Below, piece by piece: positions 62,848 to 64,000 of a stretch of 64,000 bases of DNA; within the stretch, counting starts at the first letter, position 1, and every line of letters starts with the position of its first letter. This DNA is from an uncultured Pelagibacteraceae bacterium (lineage in GTDB: Bacteria > Pseudomonadota > Alphaproteobacteria > Pelagibacterales > Pelagibacteraceae): positions 10,726 to 74,725 of the forward strand of contig CACJFE010000005.1 in assembly GCA_902592655.1 (NCBI GenBank), in the 5' to 3' direction. The notes beneath the pieces were generated by a model, which saw only the letters and a list, made by a program, of their open reading frames with translations, was not told where the DNA came from and did no database searches. Position numbers and translations under genes: made by a program.

Positions 62848-63395
62848 TGGAGAAAAATATTTTTATTGACTTGATAAAAAATATAAATTTATTTGATGGC
62901 GCAGTTTTAATAATTTTTATATATAGTACAACTCAATGCTTTTTAAAGGGATTTTCACTAAGTTTATTATCTTTTATGAAGTGGATTGTTTCAACGGTTG
63001 TAACTATAATCTTGGTTCCCAAACTTCAACCTACGGTTAGCGAATATATCCAATCTGAATTTATTAATAATATAGGTTTAGGTATAGCTATCTTCTTTTT
63101 TGCTTTATTTTTAACTATTTTAGTAGGCAAAGCTCTTAGTCGTGCTGTAACTTGGACCGGGGTGGGATCTATTGATAAAACTTTCGGCTTTTTATTTGGT
63201 ATTTTCAAAGGTTATGTAGTTTCTGTTTGTGTATTCTCAGTATTAAATTGGTTTTATCCATATGATAATTGGGGTATATCAGCTAAAGAGGCTTTTACAT
63301 TCGAAATTGTTTATAAAGGAAGTGAAATGCTGGTTGAGGAATTTCCATCAAGTAAAGATTTAATTGACACGAAAGAAAAAATTGAAAAAATTTGA
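62847..63395 (+). CDS. cvpA: CvpA family membrane protein
   Basis: D...GF and IDKTFGFLFG..KG motifs; immediately upstream of purF. Confidence 0.88.
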   Translation: MEKNIFIDLIKNINLFDGAVLIIFIYSTTQCFLKGFSLSLLSFMKWIVSTVVTIILVPKLQPTVSEYIQSEFINNIGLGIAIFFFALFLTILVGKALSRAVTWTGVGSIDKTFGFLFGIFKGYVVSVCVFSVLNWFYPYDNWGISAKEAFTFEIVYKGSEMLVEEFPSSKDLIDTKEKIEKI

Positions 63396-64000
63396 TTCTG
63401 ATAAACTAAGAGAAGAGTGTGGAATATTTGGTATTTCAAACTATGTTGATGCTTCAGCTATGGTGGCATTAGGTTTACATGCTTTGCAGCATCGAGGGCA
63501 AGAGGGATGTGGAATCGTATCTTATGATGGAAAAAATTTTCATTCGGAAAAAAGACAGGGATTAGTAGGTGATCATTTCACTAAACCTGAAATATTAAAG
63601 AAATTACCTGGTGCTTTTGCGATTGGGCATAATAGGTATTCAACTACAGGAGAGACTTCACTTAGAAATATACAGCCCTTTTTTGCAGATTTACATACAG
63701 GTGGTTTAAGTATTGCTCATAATGGAAATTTAACAAATGCATTGCTTTTAAGAGAATCTTTAGTAAAAGAAGGAGCCATATTTAGAACAACTACTGATAC
63801 GGAAACAATAGTGCAGCTGATTGCTAAATCACGTAGAGATAAATTTTTGGATAAACTTATAGATGCTCTTTTTCAAATACAAGGTGGATATTCGTTAGTA
63901 TTGATGACTAATAAAAAATTAGTGGGAGTCAGAGATCCATTTGGAATAAGACCGCTGGTAATCGGAAAATTAAAAGATTCTTATATTTTAGCTTCGGAAA
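63382..64000 (+). CDS. purF: Amidophosphoribosyltransferase (3' part outside window)
   Basis: TTG at 63382 gives MKKFDSDKLREECGIFG...LHALQHRGQEG...IGHNRYSTTG...AHNGNLTN...RDPFGIRPL. Confidence 0.96.
   Translation, partial: MKKFDSDKLREECGIFGISNYVDASAMVALGLHALQHRGQEGCGIVSYDGKNFHSEKRQGLVGDHFTKPEILKKLPGAFAIGHNRYSTTGETSLRNIQPFFADLHTGGLSIAHNGNLTNALLLRESLVKEGAIFRTTTDTETIVQLIAKSRRDKFLDKLIDALFQIQGGYSLVLMTNKKLVGVRDPFGIRPLVIGKLKDSYILASE

Noticed and set aside
9562-63208. Many 60-135 aa ORFs antisense to or nested in core genes
   Set aside because: They lie fully inside conserved genes, mostly show the Phe/Leu/Ile/Ser-rich composition of reverse-frame AT-rich codons, and have no recognisable motifs.
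1-64000. CRISPR arrays, IS elements, rRNA or defence systems
   Set aside because: No repeat-spacer arrays, transposase, integrase, nuclease or toxin-antitoxin ORFs were recognised, and nearly all sequence is accounted for by the listed genes.

Overview
Very AT-rich, densely packed alphaproteobacterial chromosome segment whose gene content and order fit SAR11 (Pelagibacteraceae). It is mostly core genome: nuoA-F, tRNA-Val/Asp/Leu, tig-clpP-clpX-lon, glnA, iscR-sufBCDSU-sufT-iscA, anmK, tyrS, prfB (programmed +1 frameshift), PBP1A, RNase E/G, thiSG, aroQ-accBC, aspS, hda, purMN, ndk, pepA, lptFGD-surA-pdxA-rsmA, gmk, fabDG-acpP, rpsF-rpsR-rplI-dnaB, an MMPL transporter, and cvpA-purF. No mobile elements, CRISPR or rRNA were seen. 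The most notable element is a ~5 kb glycan cassette between lon and tRNA-Val. It holds an 849-aa SDR + cupin + NDP-hexose C-methyltransferase fusion (candidate single-chain pathway to a branched C-methyl sugar) and two tail-to-tail 296-aa GT17 paralogs. Other notable items: an orphan C-terminal domain of class II ribonucleotide reductase with a new N-terminus; matching Fur-box-like sites at the nuo and suf loci plus an IscR site; a purM frameshift at TTT-TGA-T resembling the prfB shift site; an RNase E lacking the Zn-link cysteines; and overlaps at all ten convergent gene junctions. All calls come from motif recognition by eye; no database searches were run.
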